A stretch of 63,697 nt of DNA, counting the filler, from Syncephalis fuscata S228 (lineage: Eukaryota > Fungi > Zoopagomycota), in NCBI GenBank assembly GCA_025786725.1. It is 4 parts of 4 records of this genome, joined end to end, with 100 filler letters (N's around TTAATTAATTAA, not from the genome) between each part and the next. Parts side by side here need not be neighbours in the genome. Positions count along the whole stretch, not along the records: positions 1 to 29,079 come from JAHLTZ010000094.1; 3 more parts are not named here. The stretch is one strand, 5' to 3'. Each line of letters starts with the position of its first letter. Positions within the stretch are counted from its first letter, which is position 1. The notes beneath the pieces are model-generated. The model searched no databases. It had not been told where the DNA came from and was given only the letters and a program-made list of their open reading frames with translations. Of the stretch, positions 1 through 12,994 are shown one piece after another. A program made the position numbers and the translations under genes.

Positions 1-2
1 AC

Positions 3-125
3 ATTCAACCTGGTACCAATGGTCAATACGTCGAGAGGGTCATAGCCTATGCTCGGTCGCAAGGCAAAAAACTTGTACGCATCGACGAATGCTTTGGAGC
101 TCCAGGTACCGCTTATCGCAACTGA
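3..125 (+). CDS. 3' end of a polysaccharide (chitin) deacetylase, CE4/NodB family (partial)
   Basis: Manual translation (D)IQPGTNGQYVERVIAYARSQGKKLVRIDECFGAPGTAYRN* fits the CE4 C-terminal pattern HD....T...V..I...G..LV...EC.G...YR; cut by window start. Confidence 0.7.
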   Translation: MQPGTNGQYVERVIAYARSQGKKLVRIDECFGAPGTAYRN

Positions 126-494
126 GCTGCCACTTTCCTGTGTGGATTTACATGACTATAATTAATAGAAATTACTAAACATAAGACTGTCATGTCAATT
201 ACACAGTTTTACTAAACCCAATAATAAGATTTGTCTGCTAAATATAATAAACAGTTTGGTTGTTAGATATTATAAATGAATTGTATAATATAAACAAATT
301 TGCACTATCAAAATGATAACAGTACAGCCATCATAAAAGTAATAATTTTATTTCTAATAACCACGACAGTAGCAAGAATATATTACTTTTATTTATATTA
401 CTCCAAAACACCGATAGAATGCTAGCTTAGAATTTAAACTTAAAACTATCTCCAATGCTACAAAAGTATATGCGCATCAGAAGCGTAGTATTAA

Positions 495-1450
495 TGTAAT
501 TAAGTGGTAAAATGGCATGGTGTTTGAATTATAAACAATAGAAATAATTAATCAGTAAAATGTTGTCAAGATTACGTATAACTTTACGTATAATAAAGTA
601 AACTGCACGATATTTTGCACAAGCATGCACATAGTCTATAGGTAACTATTGGCAAAGTATACCGCTATTGTGTTGAATAATGATGCAATAGCAGCGATAA
701 TACACTAATAAGTGTATAAAAATAGCAGTTTCTTACCAGTCACAACTTGTATACTTAAATACAGCAAAATAATTAGCAGATTCAGATTCTCCATGCTTGG
801 ATGAACAGATTGGCATGATCTATAGAACAATGATTTTTGCAACAATATTTAGTCAAAAATGCGATTTACGTATGGCCAATTAACGAAGCTTTATGTTGTA
901 CGCATATACATATGACATAGATTGCCGTAGCGCATCGGAATTCCTGCACATCAACCTGCTATTAGGATTGTTATAGTATTGTAGAACGTTTTGGATTTAC
1001 TTTAGTCCAAATTTGTTTGTAATATGAGATTGTAAAATCATCAAGTTTAATCGCTTTTTCGCTAACTAATAATACGTAAATCGCATTTTGACTAAATATT
1101 GTTGCAAAAATCATTGTTCTATAGATCATGCCAATCTGTTCATCCAAGCATGGAGAATCTGAATCTGCTAATTATTTTACTGTATTTTAAGTATACAAGT
1201 TGTGGCTGGTAAGAAACTGCTATTTTTATACACTTATTAGTGTATTATCGCTGCTATTGCATCATTATTCAACACAATAGCGGTATACTTTGTCAATAGT
1301 TACCTATAGACTATGTGCATGCTTGTGCAAAATATCATGCAGTTTACTTTATTATACGTAAAGTTATACGTAATCTTAACAACATTTTACTGATTAATTA
1401 TTTCTATTGTTTATAATTCAAACACCATGCCATTTTACCACTTAATTACA
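495..1450. mobile_element. Foldback / non-autonomous long-TIR element: ~379-bp inverted arms (495-873, 1072-1450) around a ~198-bp spacer
   Basis: Arms are near-perfect reverse complements with a few substitutions/1-nt indels (tgtaattaagtggtaaaatggcatgg ... ccatgccattttaccacttaattaca); no ORF; no clear TSD seen. Confidence 0.8.
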
Positions 1451-2253
1451 CTATAATCACCTTTTTAAAATGGCAACAGCTATTAGAGATAGCAGATGTT
1501 ACATTTTCATCACGGCCATAGCTAATTAAAACCAAGACATTCGTGTAATTAAAGTAGCTATAGCTGAGCATATTTGTCATAAACAAATAATAATAATACT
1601 GTTGCAGTTCTGATTTAGAAGCTGTATCTTAGATGACCAAGTAATGCTTTATTTCAATGTTAGCTTATAATGCTAGCCTTTAATGTTTGCTAATCCTTAA
1701 AAACTAAAATAAACTATATTAACTAATATTAATCTGATATTAAATTTATTTGCCATTGATCATAAATTACCACAGTCAAGCTATAATAAACAGAATAGTT
1801 TGTATGGGATTAAATGGAAATAGGGTGGAATTAAAAACCATCGTCTTTACTAATATCGAATAAATCTATTACTTTATAATAAATATAGCTCATAATAAAA
1901 CTTGAAAATGTTGTAGCATTTTATACAATTGCTCATATCCTTATAATAATTGTTTGTTGCTAGTAATTAGTGTTAATATTCGACGTATGTAAAAGTGTGG
2001 GAAAATCTACTAAATTACTATTGCCAAATATGGGCATAGCATAGTATTCCTTGTTAATATTTATCATATTTATCATATACATTTAAACAAATAGCACCGA
2101 GTGTTATTTTATAGCCTTATTAAATAAAGGTTTAGTTATATAGATAATTATAAATATAACAATAAATACCAGGTTTTATTGATATTCAATCAGACTGTGC
2201 AATAATAAATATTAATTTTAAAAGCAGTCACAGTTTATGTATATATATGTATA

Positions 2254-2616
2254 GGCTGTGAAACCTTCGGGTTGGATTGTTGGCAATAATCTGTGACCGC
2301 TGCTGCTGGTGGGACCTATTCCCGGATGGCTAGAATAGCGTATAATACAGGGTCAAATCTAATTTCGTTCACCACTGCGTAGACGGTTGTGTCCGATGAA
2401 GTGCGATGTCGGCATTGGCTTATCCGCGGAAGCGTCTATGATGAGTCAAGGCTGTTAAAGAGGCGGGCAATGCGTGAGGCTGGCTAACAGAGCAGCGAAA
2501 ACCGTCCGCATCGGTCACGGTCAGCGGGTGGCACACCTGAGCAATGGTACTCTACTTGTAGGGTCATTGGAATAAATTAGACCTGTTTTACGATGAACTG
2601 TCGTTCGAATTTTTTT
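2254..2616 (+). ncRNA. Signal recognition particle RNA (7SL/SRP RNA); 5' boundary approximate
   Basis: Helix-8 motif GCGTGAGGCTG-GCTAA-CAGAGCAGCG (~2472-2497); helix 6 with CGC-GGAA-GCG tetraloop; long helix-5 pairing between ~2324-2412 and ~2506-2606; T7 Pol III terminator at 2610-2616; TA-rich element upstream. Confidence 0.8.
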
Positions 2617-3349
2617 ATTTTTTTGGCTAAAACATTTGCGCATTTTTTTGCTAGTTGTCGCGCCTATGAACGACTATGTACATCAAGGATCACCACAGCT
2701 GCTACGCTTGTGTCCGTTTTCATACTTTTTACGCATTATTTTTATGAAACAGCGATGTATTTACTAACACACGTCATCACTAATGCTTTGTGCCATTTTA
2801 CACACATTCTTACCATATTTATAATCAACAGTGACGTACTCACTATTGTACATCACTAAAGTACTTGTCGGTAAGGTTATAGTCGTCTTAATACGATCAT
2901 TAACCGCTCATTAACCATATAATCGGCCATATCAATACTAAGGCACCACATGGTCAGTATTGATATAATTGCTTGATTACTTCTTTTCTATTATTTTTAA
3001 CAAAATATCGTTTTATTATGTACCTTCTATTATTTGTACTAAAAGTTAAACATTAACATGAGCAGCATAGCTTATAGACACGCTGCTCTACAACTAGGTA
3101 AATCATACATTTTGACGCCAAAATTATAATAAAAATAGCCATTTTCTTTTTTAACTTTTCACTTATACATCTGTAGCATTCTTGGTCTTCTAGCGATACT
3201 GGAAGCTCCGAGAATAGCTGCTACGTATAACGGTCTTTATTTACTTTATTTTGTTACGTGTATTTTCGTAACTACCTTACCAAATGTAAGGCTATATTCC
3301 TACACTTTGCTCTATCCCGTGTGTATGGCAACATTACAGCGCGTTTTGA

Positions 3350-6137
3350 CTAGTTGTTGATTGAATGGCGTGTAAGCAAATCTAGCACGCTTTTTATGGC
3401 GTTTTGATGCTTCTCACTGCTACGGCGCGCATCTTCCAATGGAGTGTCGCCACGAAAATCTTGTGTCTGCATTGATACGCCCTTGCTGATCAAGTATTCT
3501 GCCACGTCATACTGATTTTCAGACGCTGCCTATATATGTGCATATCAACTATTATCACTGCTGTTTGTTATTAATGTTTGCCATTTCAACGTACTTTGTG
3601 TAGAGCAGTTCGGCCATCCGTATTAATGCGGTCCAAATCCACGCCGGCGCTAACAAGTATCTTAATTGTTTTCAAGTCACCAACGGCAGCAGCACTGGTT
3701 TACGTTAGTATAGTAATTTTAATCTATTAAATATTATCACTTACTGCTGCAACAAGTGTGTCACTTCGCTCAGCTCTTTATCGTTAAAGTGCGCACCAGC
3801 TTTACGAAGTAAATCAACTACTAGCTTTTGTTTAAAGCGGGCTGCAATAAAAAGCGGTGTATGGCCCAACCGATCAAGTACATGTACACTGGCACCGTGT
3901 AAAAGTAAATATTCCACACATGTGACATGGCCATTACCGCTTGCCAAATGCTAATTATAAATAAATAAATAAGCTATTGTTTTATATCTTGTATACTCTA
4001 ACTTACTAGTGGTGTAGATCCATTATAATCCACACAGTTTAGTTGAAGCACACCTCCAAATGATTGCTCCATCGCATGCAAACCTTCCAAATCACCCGAG
4101 GCCGCGGCAAAGCAAAGAAGAACAGGATACAAAGTGTGCTCAACCTCGGCACGTTCATACTCGTCCACTGTGTTCCAATCCTGAGCAGTACCCACACTAG
4201 GACGTGTGGCCGATAGCACAGCACGAACAACAGCGCGGTTTTTGTGTGGAAGCGAGAAGCGCTGTTGTTCGTGAATTATGGTCATTTCACCACGTAGTGT
4301 ACGTTGGATTAATTCACGGCATTTTTCTGGTGGATATTTTGACAGCAAATACGACAATTTGGTAAGAGCACACTAGTATCGTATTAGGTAATTAGTTGTT
4401 GTATACACTGTGAATACATATTCAATACCTCTGCTGTCATATCACTACCAGGCACTACTCCTGCTTTGATCAATGGCTTTGCTGTGGCATACAAAGTCGA
4501 TACAAGTCCACGTGTGCCTGCAAAATTATACCAATAATTAGTTATTCATAAGTCGGTTGTTTGATTGGCGTACATTGAGAGCAATTAACTATAACAATGC
4601 CATTATCAGTTGCCTCTCGTAAGGCACGTAGCAGCTCTGGTCGATTGTTTGGAGCATTTCCTGCGCCATATGTTTCTAAAACAACACCTTGTATAGGAGG
4701 CGTGAGAAAAGCACGTACTGTTGCTTCGGTAATGCCCGGAAATATGCGCAGTGTGGCAACATTTGGATTCATTTTCTTGTGCGCTCGAAACCGTGCTATT
4801 CTATCTGGGTGTAGTACTTCTGGCCAGGCAACATCTAAACGTAGCATTAACATTTATTACGTCTTTATTAATTTCTATCAACTACTTACTTATATTAATG
4901 CCTACTTTGGCCAATGGACGTAGATTCGGCGAATCAAATGCATCAAAATCAACTGCATCCACCTTGGAAGATCGATTGCCTCGAAACAAGGAATTATTGA
5001 AGTAAAGACAGACTTCCGGAATAACATAATGCCCGGCAATGGTAAGTGCGCTCAACAAATTCTCTACACCGTCGTTTCTCACTTCGGATATTGGTACCTA
5101 GTGAGTAAATCAACCATCGTTTATTAGCGTCGTTGTTAATTGTTACTGTAAAACTTACCTGAGATCCTGTAACAATAACCGTTTTACTAATAAATATATT
5201 GGTATCAGTGAACCATTAAAAGCTTAAATATGTGTATTGTGTATTACCCCAAATGTTCAAGTAGAAAACTGAGAGCGCTGGCCGTATAAGCCATTGTATC
5301 TGTGCCATGCAAAATGATAAACGAATCAAAATCTTTATAATTAGCTTCAATATCCGTGGCAATCTGAATCCAGCCTGGCAAAGTGTCATCAGATACAATT
5401 GTTAGTAAAATAAAATCAGATGTTGTAAATCGCTAACGCCCACCATCCATAGTCATGTTACTTGAATCCAACAATGGATCATATTCTAGAATGGCATATC
5501 TAACCAAAAGTTCAACCAGGCATTACTTTGTATTTATCGGACGCTGACACCTACCTAATACGCTTGCCATACATTGATTGTGGCATTATTAGCCAGTGAA
5601 GTTGCTGTTCATCATAACGGCTACCGTCAATCCGCGATGTGTCTAATTTCTCGGCTACACACACTCCCGCAAGTGTTTGTTCCGAGGGTGCTTTGCGAGC
5701 AAGCGCCTCCAACTGCTCTAATCCTTTAGGATCATGAAAACGAGCCATTGTCTCTAGAGTTTTGCCCAAATAATCTGGCACCTACACTTGTTCATTTTAT
5801 TAACACATTGTATTTACGTGGGTGTGTTGTTGTTTTATCAAATAACTTGCCGGTATATAGCCTTTTTCTTTGCTGTTTTTCATACCAATAGTGCCACCCG
5901 TATAAATGACCAATACTCGGGAAATATCTTGGTTTGCCACGGTTACTAATAGCGTTCATTGTATACCAACGTCATTAACTAACCTGGCATAAGCATACTG
6001 CTTCTGTCCGCCACAGTTTGTAATTTGACTGCTGGGCTTTCAAACATAACGTCTGAATTCGTCGACTCAACACTCTCGCCCGACAGACTGGGCTTTGTGA
6101 GTCTAACAGAAGCCGGTATATTCAAGTCTTTCTCCAT
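3350..6137 (-). CDS. ASPG: L-asparaginase with C-terminal ankyrin repeats (60-kDa lysophospholipase type), multi-exon
   Basis: Motifs [57 protein letters not shown] followed by ankyrin repeats; spliced manually. Confidence 0.9.
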
Positions 6138-6613
6138 GTTAATTGCAAGCAAAAAGCGCTGTTAATAGTTGTTTAACAAAATTCGTATTATAAGTATTTT
6201 AAGACATTTTGTTACATTTTTTATTTCTCTCTTTTATTTTACTGCATTTCAGAACTACATTTCAGATTAGATGGATTAGGCTATTATTAAATAGATATTG
6301 TTTCTGATGCATCACTGTTTAACAAAATGCAAAAAAGGCCTTTAATTTAAAGTATGCATTCCTATTTACTTGTCTGGTGACAGCCAAGTGCTAGTATTTA
6401 ATGTGCTTAGTTTTTTAATAAATTAGATCTATAATTTAATGATTTATTGCTGTTGTTTCAGCTTGTTTAATGTGTTTATCACATCCATATAAAGTAAAAT
6501 ATTACTTTAGAACTTTGGCTGGCATCTACTTTGCGCCTCCTAATTTAGCGCAATAAATCGTAGTGCTTTGAATATATTGATTTAAATAAAAAAATGTAGT
6601 ATACTATTTGATT

Positions 6614-6890
6614 TCATTGAAACATTTGAGGTTAATCATTGTTGTTAATCATGTGTAGAAAGATTGATCGAATATCAATAGAAGCCATATGATTGTGATT
6701 CCATATCATTCCGCATTTGTTGTTATTGCATCTACGTACAGCATGGATTCTTGCGTTTGAATGGTCTCTTCTACTTTCTAATATGCTAATATTGTATTTT
6801 GGACATATTTGTGATGTAAGATCAAGATTAATATAATTAGTATAAATGTCGTTTATTAAACAGCCACTTCCTCTATAGCCAATCTGACTA
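6614..6890 (-). pseudogene. Decayed Fanzor (TnpB-like) C-terminal fragment: RuvC-II / Zn finger / RuvC-III
   Basis: Manual translation INLDLTSQICPKYNISILESRRDHSNARIHAVRRCNNNKCGMIWNHNHMASIDIRSIFLHMINNND*PQMFQ* matches the Fanzor pattern IDEYLTSQ.CP.C...IH.V..C..C...WNRD.MA..NI..IF..M....RP..F. Confidence 0.75.
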
Positions 6891-7445
6891 AATGAAGGAC
6901 AATATATATATATATTAAAGCAATAATAAAGATGACTAATTAATTACATCATTGTATTGATAATTACACATGAATCAATTAATGTTGGATGTAATATTAT
7001 ACATGGAGTAGTGGTGAACAAGTGTTTAATTATGTCTAAAAGTATTAAGAAAAAGGGATAAAATGAGTAAATAAAATATATTAAAATCAAAGTAAAACAA
7101 TATTTGTAGTTAATTATCTATTAATTTTGTATTTATTTATTATAATAATTTATCCGTGATAAATCTATTAACAGTCAACTATGTCATAGCATAAATTGTT
7201 TGCAATGGATTGCAAAATAGTGTTGCTATAGAGAATGCCTATAAACTGGCTGTATTTTTATAAGCAACTACTATAATGGCGCACAAAAAATGAATTGACA
7301 GTTAGTGTAGCTGCTATTGCTTTTTTTTTAATAAAAGCATAATCATGGTCGAGTAAAATAAACATAATAACGCTGACAATATTTTAAAACAAAATTGCAA
7401 AAGACCTATAGTTTTTAACAGTAGTAGACTGGTGTCTACTATCTA

Positions 7446-10400
7446 TTAGAACGACTTCAATACTTCAATCGCTGCTAATCGACTGCTAGGATTGTAGGAG
7501 AGAAGTGATGCAACCGCCAATCGTGCGGATTCATCAGGAATTCGCTCGTTCAAATCATCAGGCATTAATACGCGATCCGCTGACCATGTAACGTGTCCCA
7601 ATTTAGCACCTGGTGTTGGTGACATCAAAAAGGCATGTACTTCTTCATCCGATGCGGCAATATCAAGCAACGGTTTTTCGGCAAATATTTCCTATTAATC
7701 ATATATAATTAGTTTCAATGCCATTAATGTTTAATATTTGGTATATATATATACTTACGTAAATAATACAACCCAACGACCATAGATCTACGGTGGCAGC
7801 AGCAATCAATTTAGCTTGATCGCGCCACAGCTTCTGCTACCTCCGGTGCACAGTAGCGTGTGGTCAAGCATGAATCCGAGGACCATTCTTCGCCTGGACG
7901 ACGAATACGTTCTAGCGAGACAAGCTTACACTTTGGCGTATCATCGCTCGATTGAGCAAATGAGGCCGGTGTCAAATCGCCTATCACTAGACCTTGAGAA
8001 TGGCAAGTGGATAGACACTCGGTAACTGATCGTGCCAAACCAGCACGTACATCCGAGTCCAAATCGCCATTATCATCAAGCTTGAAAGTAATTCGGGCAG
8101 TGCACGGCCATAACGTTCGTAACGAGCACGTCACCGTTCCGTGCCTGTGCGTTTCGGCAAGATTGTAAATATTACGCAGTGCTGCCACTTGTGACTGCGT
8201 AGGAAACGAGGGCCACATATCACGTTCCATGCTGTACGGGAACAAACATCTTAATGACTACCATTTCACCGGCCGTATCATCGGCGGCATAGACAACAAC
8301 GGCATCGGTAGCCAGATTAGGTGCGGTCTATCCAGTAGAATGTATCGTTAAATAGGACGGAGCCAGGACGGAATACATCCGAACAATACGCACAAGTGTC
8401 GGATGTCGGTGTAGATTTTTAGTATCGGCTGGTTTGTCTTCGTCGTCATTGTCCTGGCTTTCAGTGGATTCTTCGTAGACTGTAGTTGGCTCAATAACAC
8501 TTCGACTGCCTGCACTACCAAATAGATAGCCTTCGACACTTTTCACGTGCATCGCCACCGCGTACCTGTACTTGTTCGTTGGAGCTTTCGTTTGATTTTT
8601 GTGAACTTTCCTCGCTAACATTTTCAGTTGCTGGTACAGCAGTGTCGCCGACGATACTCATTATAGCTGGAGCAGTTGACATTTCTTGACTTGTCGCTTC
8701 TGTGGATGGTCCGTTACCGCCATTCTCACCAACGCGCTTCATTTGATTTAGACGTAGACGAGCAATTTGATCAAGTGGGCTGACCATGCCAGAAATGACA
8801 CTGCCTGGCTGTAGATTCGGACTCATTGGCGGTGATATAACCTGTGTTATCGGTACAGCCTCTGAAGTAGGCATCGATGACGCAGGCGGTATATTGGCGC
8901 GGAAGACAGCTTGTGACATTGATCTAGAGCGTGGTAATGCGGCAAGTGGTGGATAGTAGCGTGCAGCACGTGTATCATTGTTATTGCTACCTGATATGCG
9001 AACACGACTGCTAGCATTTGTATTCTGGCCAAATGAAATGGATGAGGCAAATGTCCAACGATCAACGTCATCGTCATCGTCATCAGCAATGTTGGTCGAT
9101 GTATTAGCGGTGCGGCCTACACGGCGTCTACCCGAACGATGAACACGCGGTGTTGGATCGGATGCAGCAGCAGTTGATAAGTCTCCATTAGAATCGCGCG
9201 GTGAATTTGTCTCACTGGTTGCCATAGCACGGCCGCCCACTGTCAATAAGCCTATACCAATTCCTTTATTTTGCAGTTCTTCCATACTTGGATGATTCAT
9301 GCTACTTGGGGACTGAGAACCAAAGCTTGTACTATCAATTGTTTCTTTCCTTAATAACGTCTTATTGCCAGCACTATTTGTACCAGTAGCTCTGCCATTA
9401 ATACTGCAACCGATGAACCGCTGGTTTGAGCTCTATTCATTTTACGGGCTCGTTTCTTTCGTAGACCAATAACAATAAACGCTACAATGGCTAGTAATCC
9501 AACTAGCGCACATACAGTTGCCACAATGACTACAACCTTGCCATTGCTATCTTTTGCGTCTTCTTTTTGATCAGCTGCTCCAGGCGGTGGCAACATAGTG
9601 TCAACATCTGCATGCGACCATGACCAAGTGTCAATATCGAGTGCATACATACGCATGTCTACTTCGTCACTAACACCTCCCCAAAACAAAATACGATTAT
9701 TGGTAAGCACAGCACTATGTCCTATGATGGCCATTATAAATATTAGACACACAGCCAGCATACGCCGCCTATATGCACTTACCCATACGCGATGATGGAG
9801 CATTGCCCATATTCTTCACCACTGGCCTTGTCCAGACGTATTTAATTTGGTTATCCGGCGCTTCAAGTACCCATACATCATTTGAAGCAAATTCTGATGA
9901 TCTGCCATCCTCATTAGATCCACCACCTAATCAATAATTAGCTATTATTGCACAGATTATGAATATATAATACACTTACCAAAAACAATCATTTTGTTAT
10001 TAACACAAGTGGCTGTATGCCACATTCTAATTGATTACCGATTAGCATTGTTGTAATACTGGTATATCGACTAGTTGTTACTTACCTGGGAGTTGGTATA
10101 CCTTTATCCGTTTCAATGACCGGACTAGGATCCCATGTAGCCGTTTGAGTATTAAATAAACTAAGCTGGTTTACCGCTTTAAGTGTATTATCCATGCCGC
10201 CAAATACGACAATCGCGTTACGATTTGCAAAATAACAAGCACTGTGGCCCTGTCGTGAATAACTGCTGGTAAGTCCCGACCAGACTCGTGAAGCAGTATC
10301 CAGCGTAACCAAGTCGTTATTAATTGAGCCGCTATTAACTGTGCCATCTGGATTTTGTGTACTACCGCCGTACATGTATATCTTTGGACCAACAAGTGTA

Positions 10401-10918
10401 AATGATTGGCCTACGCGTGATAGTGGTGTTGAAACATCACGGTTGGCAACCAGCCAACTCCATGAAGCGGTGTTTAGAATGGTGACCGGACTACTTTTAT
10501 CGGCATTCGTTCCTGTGGTGTTGGTGGCGTAAAAGAGTATCGACGACTCGTCAATGGCCGCTCCTGAATGCATACGTTGACCAGCTGTGGGTGCATTAAG
10601 CATTTTTGGTTTGTACCAACGACCATCTTTGGTATAATAAACAAAGACGTCACTAGTACCCGGTTGATTAATGAATCCTTTATTACTGGCAATACCGCCA
10701 TAGACTACCATATAGTCGCCAGACATCACAGCAACGTGAAGAGCGCGCCATTTAGGTGAAACAGGCGAACCAATGTTCAGTATTTCGCGTCGTGCCAACC
10801 GTGTTGCCGAATAACTAGGCAGTCCACTCACTGCCCCTTCTACTTGCCATAGCCATGATAATAATAATGGTATCAAGCAAAGTAGAACCATGAATGGCTG
10901 GTAAGAAATTAGAGACAT
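7446..10918 (-). CDS. Signal peptide + Kelch-repeat ectodomain + single TM + cytoplasmic protein-kinase-like (pseudokinase) domain; several apparent frameshifts
   Basis: Hydrophobic N-terminus; Kelch GG motifs (VVYGG, YMYGG, VVFGG, LFWGG); TM VVVIVATVCALVGLLAIVAFIVIGL-RKKRARK; kinase motifs VVIK, HSQGLVIGDLTPAS, TTRYCAPE, VDLWSLGVIIY, LLSYNPSSR. Joining all parts into one gene is inferred across frameshifts. Confidence 0.65.
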
Positions 10919-12994
10919 AGTGACAACGTTTGGCAACGAAGGGCACGTGAGCAAGTTGGTTGCTTAATTGTGTGTAAAACACAGCACAGGTTGGGAATGA
11001 TGAGTGTTAAATAATTAGTGAAGTTAACGAGTAGCACTTGTTTGTGGCCACCTTTGAATCCAAGCCAAATAATTTTCTTCTATGCGCAATTAAATAAGGT
11101 TTGCAAGGAGAGGAATGACGACAGTAGTAGTAGTAGTAGTAATAATAGCGATAATAGTGGTAGGTGGATAACAGCCACGTAACTGGGATCTGGCCAAGCG
11201 CTTGGCAATAAACAGTCAACAGCCACGCATATACCGGTGTGCAGTATGTGGCCTATTCTAGTAACAAATCTACTATTTGTACCGATATTTAAAAAAATCT
11301 GCAGCAATCAAAATAGCTGCAGACCAGATGCAGTAACCGTCGACTAATTAAATGTATAAACACCGCCTTTTATCGTAAGTATCGGTGTCGTGATCAAGGA
11401 GTGGAAAACAAATAAAGAAACAAATAAAGAAAGGAAGGAAGAGCTTCAAAGTGCAGTGTAAAAGAGTAGCGGCAGTATTGTTCTTAGTAGCGTTTTAGAG
11501 AAAAGAAAAGCGGTCAATATAATGGAAATACAGCCCAACTCCGACTTGGTTCACCTGTGAACGTCGGATTTGATATTGGCTGGTCTAAAGACAGACACAC
11601 ACACACGCGCGCGTGAATACACACGGCCAAATACACAGGCCAGTAGACAGACAGACAGATAACTAGATAACTAGATAAATAGGTGAATGGAATACGCACG
11701 CAAACTTATAGATAAAGTGCTAGTTATTACCGCTTGGCGAGAAAGCCAGGCGAGAAAGAAAGGTAAATGAAATGGTCGAGAAACAGAAAAGAAAGAACGG
11801 GTCGACACGCGCACAAGCGACTAGCATTAATAGTATTTAATAGTCTGTATTGATGATTATAGCGCAGTTGAATGGAATACTACAAGGTTATTATCTATTA
11901 TTATCGCTAGACAATAACCAACCATGACAAGCAATAGGTCAAAAGCACAAAAGAAAGGATGGAATGAAAGCCAGTGGCACAGAAAAAGGGGACATGCCAG
12001 GCCATGCATTTGATTCATGCTGTTGTCTTCTTCATGTCTGCATAGAAGCCTTGATTTTAAATATCATATTTGTTATATCGATAGACTGGCAAATCGATAG
12101 ACAATGTAATCTAATTATACAGAAATAGTAATAACAGTTAACAGTATTACCAATAGTAATAGCATCATTAAGTAACAGTCAATTAAATAGTAGAAATGAC
12201 AGGTACACTAGTCTATACAATACGTATTTTTTACAAAACTTGTTTTTACTTGTTATCGGTACCTGTGTTCTTCTTTTTATCCATATCTGTAGATGAAACA
12301 GCTTTGTGGTTTTATTGAACGGAGTACAGGTTATTAGCATGGTATGAATGCCAAATATTTAGTAGTGTACAATAGTTATCATTTCTAGTTGAATAAATTA
12401 TATTAATATTACTATTAAATAAAAACTAAAATAGCTATATTAATAAATTGTAATTTTCTATACAAAGAATGGCACGTTATAGCTGTTATTTTATTTTATT
12501 TAAAGTAATGACTGGAAGGTGAAAAATAAATTATTCATATTATAAATACGTTTTTAATCTTTAAACTAAATAAACTTGTTAGTATATCTTAAATTAATGT
12601 AATAATATTGGTGTTCTGCTTTAATGACCATTAAATAATGATTACAAAGCATATTATATATTTATTACTTGGTTACACTTCAATGTTATTGTTAAATAGT
12701 CAAGATAGTGTTGAATCAAATAGGCAATTTACACTAAATTAAATATCTGACGACATTCTACTAAAACATAGCGTCAGTCGTTAGTTGTCACACTACTTTC
12801 GATAAACTTCTTGTTATCTTATTGCTATTGCTCATCTCAAGTTTTTGTAAAGCTGTTTTGTTCACTAATTACGGTTTGAATAACACTATAGCTATACTAT
12901 ACCTTAACAGACTATATTTCAGGGGGAAGTGAAAAGAAGCACCATTAAACCACGTTTGGCACCTAGCAAATAACAGTACGCTTTTTTTTACATC

